From Bdellovibrionales bacterium (GTDB lineage Bacteria > Bdellovibrionota > Bdellovibrionia > Bdellovibrionales > JAUICD01): DNA of 64,000 nucleotides. Under the pieces are notes generated by a model that was not told the origin of the DNA, did not search any database, and saw only the letters and a list, made by a program, of their open reading frames with translations. The stretch lies in NCBI GenBank assembly GCA_965262715.1, contig OZ253553.1, positions 2,432,001-2,496,000 on the forward strand. Direction: 5' to 3'. Of this stretch, positions 63,342 through 64,000 are shown piece after piece. Positions within the stretch are counted from its first letter, which is position 1, and every line of letters begins with the position of its first letter. A program made the translations under genes and the position numbers.

Positions 63342-63950
63342 TTATTTTATAATTTCAATAGGTTTAAAGTCTTCTTTATTATTTAAAATAGCACTATTAC
63401 CTGTAGCCTGAAATACAAATAAACCTCTCTCCTCTGCATACTTATCTACTCTTTCTTCACATTCAAGATAAGCAACTCCTCCATAAAGAATCTTACTTGC
63501 ACTATCTTTATGTTGTGTTTTAAACTTGTGTAAGATATTTACAAATTGATCTATATCTTCCTTTCTAAGATATCTCTTGACTTCTATAGCAACACATTCT
63601 TTGCCATTGACTGCTAGCACATCTATTTCCCAACGACGATTTGGGCTTACATCTTTTACACGAGTGGATACTGTTTCAATCTTAATACCTCTGTTATTAA
63701 GAAGTCTTATTGCGCTAGAGCTTGCTAAAACTTCTATAAATTTACCCCATTGATGACTTGATTCACCTGCAAACTTATTTACAGTTTTTGTAAGTTGATC
63801 AAGTGACTTATCTAGCTCTCTCTGGCGCATCCGCTGAGCTTCTCTATCTCTCTGTTGGGCTTCTGTAATTCTATCCAAACTCTGAGCCACTCTATCGAGA
63901 GTTTGATTGATTTGATCTATTGAAACTTTAGACATTATGAGCACCTTCAA
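63342..63950 (-). CDS. Coiled-coil plus PD-(D/E)XK nuclease-like protein (DUF3782-like)
   Basis: N-terminal heptads, WGKFIE, EIDVLAVNG...IEVK, YGGVA. Confidence 0.7.
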   Translation of the reverse strand: MKVLIMSKVSIDQINQTLDRVAQSLDRITEAQQRDREAQRMRQRELDKSLDQLTKTVNKFAGESSHQWGKFIEVLASSSAIRLLNNRGIKIETVSTRVKDVSPNRRWEIDVLAVNGKECVAIEVKRYLRKEDIDQFVNILHKFKTQHKDSASKILYGGVAYLECEERVDKYAEERGLFVFQATGNSAILNNKEDFKPIEIIK

Positions 63951-64000
63951 ATTTGATTTTTAAAATATCGTTATAATATGAATAATATCACTTTAAAGCC

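Overview
AT-rich bacterial chromosomal segment. The gene set (MlaEFD, GYF/TPR protein, Flp/Tad pilins, GspG-K pseudopilins, GshA) suggests a Bdellovibrionota-like organism; this is inference only. Housekeeping genes (prmC, murA, fumC, def, fmt, rpe, metK, alr-like, nagZ, peptide ABC permeases, mscS) alternate with accessory DNA. The accessory DNA comprises a decayed defence island (type I R-M destroyed by an IS1595 remnant fused in frame to HsdR, plus two PD-(D/E)XK-like proteins), an ankyrin cluster, a complete type I-E CRISPR-Cas system (10 repeats, 9 spacers), an IS30 element, and three paralogous outer-membrane barrel genes. One barrel gene is frameshifted in a T10 tract, and a hicAB module sits in the array between 319-bp direct repeats. 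The most unusual signal is intergenic: at least 12 mosaic miniature elements combine IS-like ends with structured cassettes that show covarying stems and GNRA/UUCG loops. One cassette lies between perfect 16-bp inverted repeats that overlap the start codon of a four-helix-bundle (Avd/IVP-like) gene; inverting it would give that gene a strong RBS. All calls are by eye; no database searches were run.
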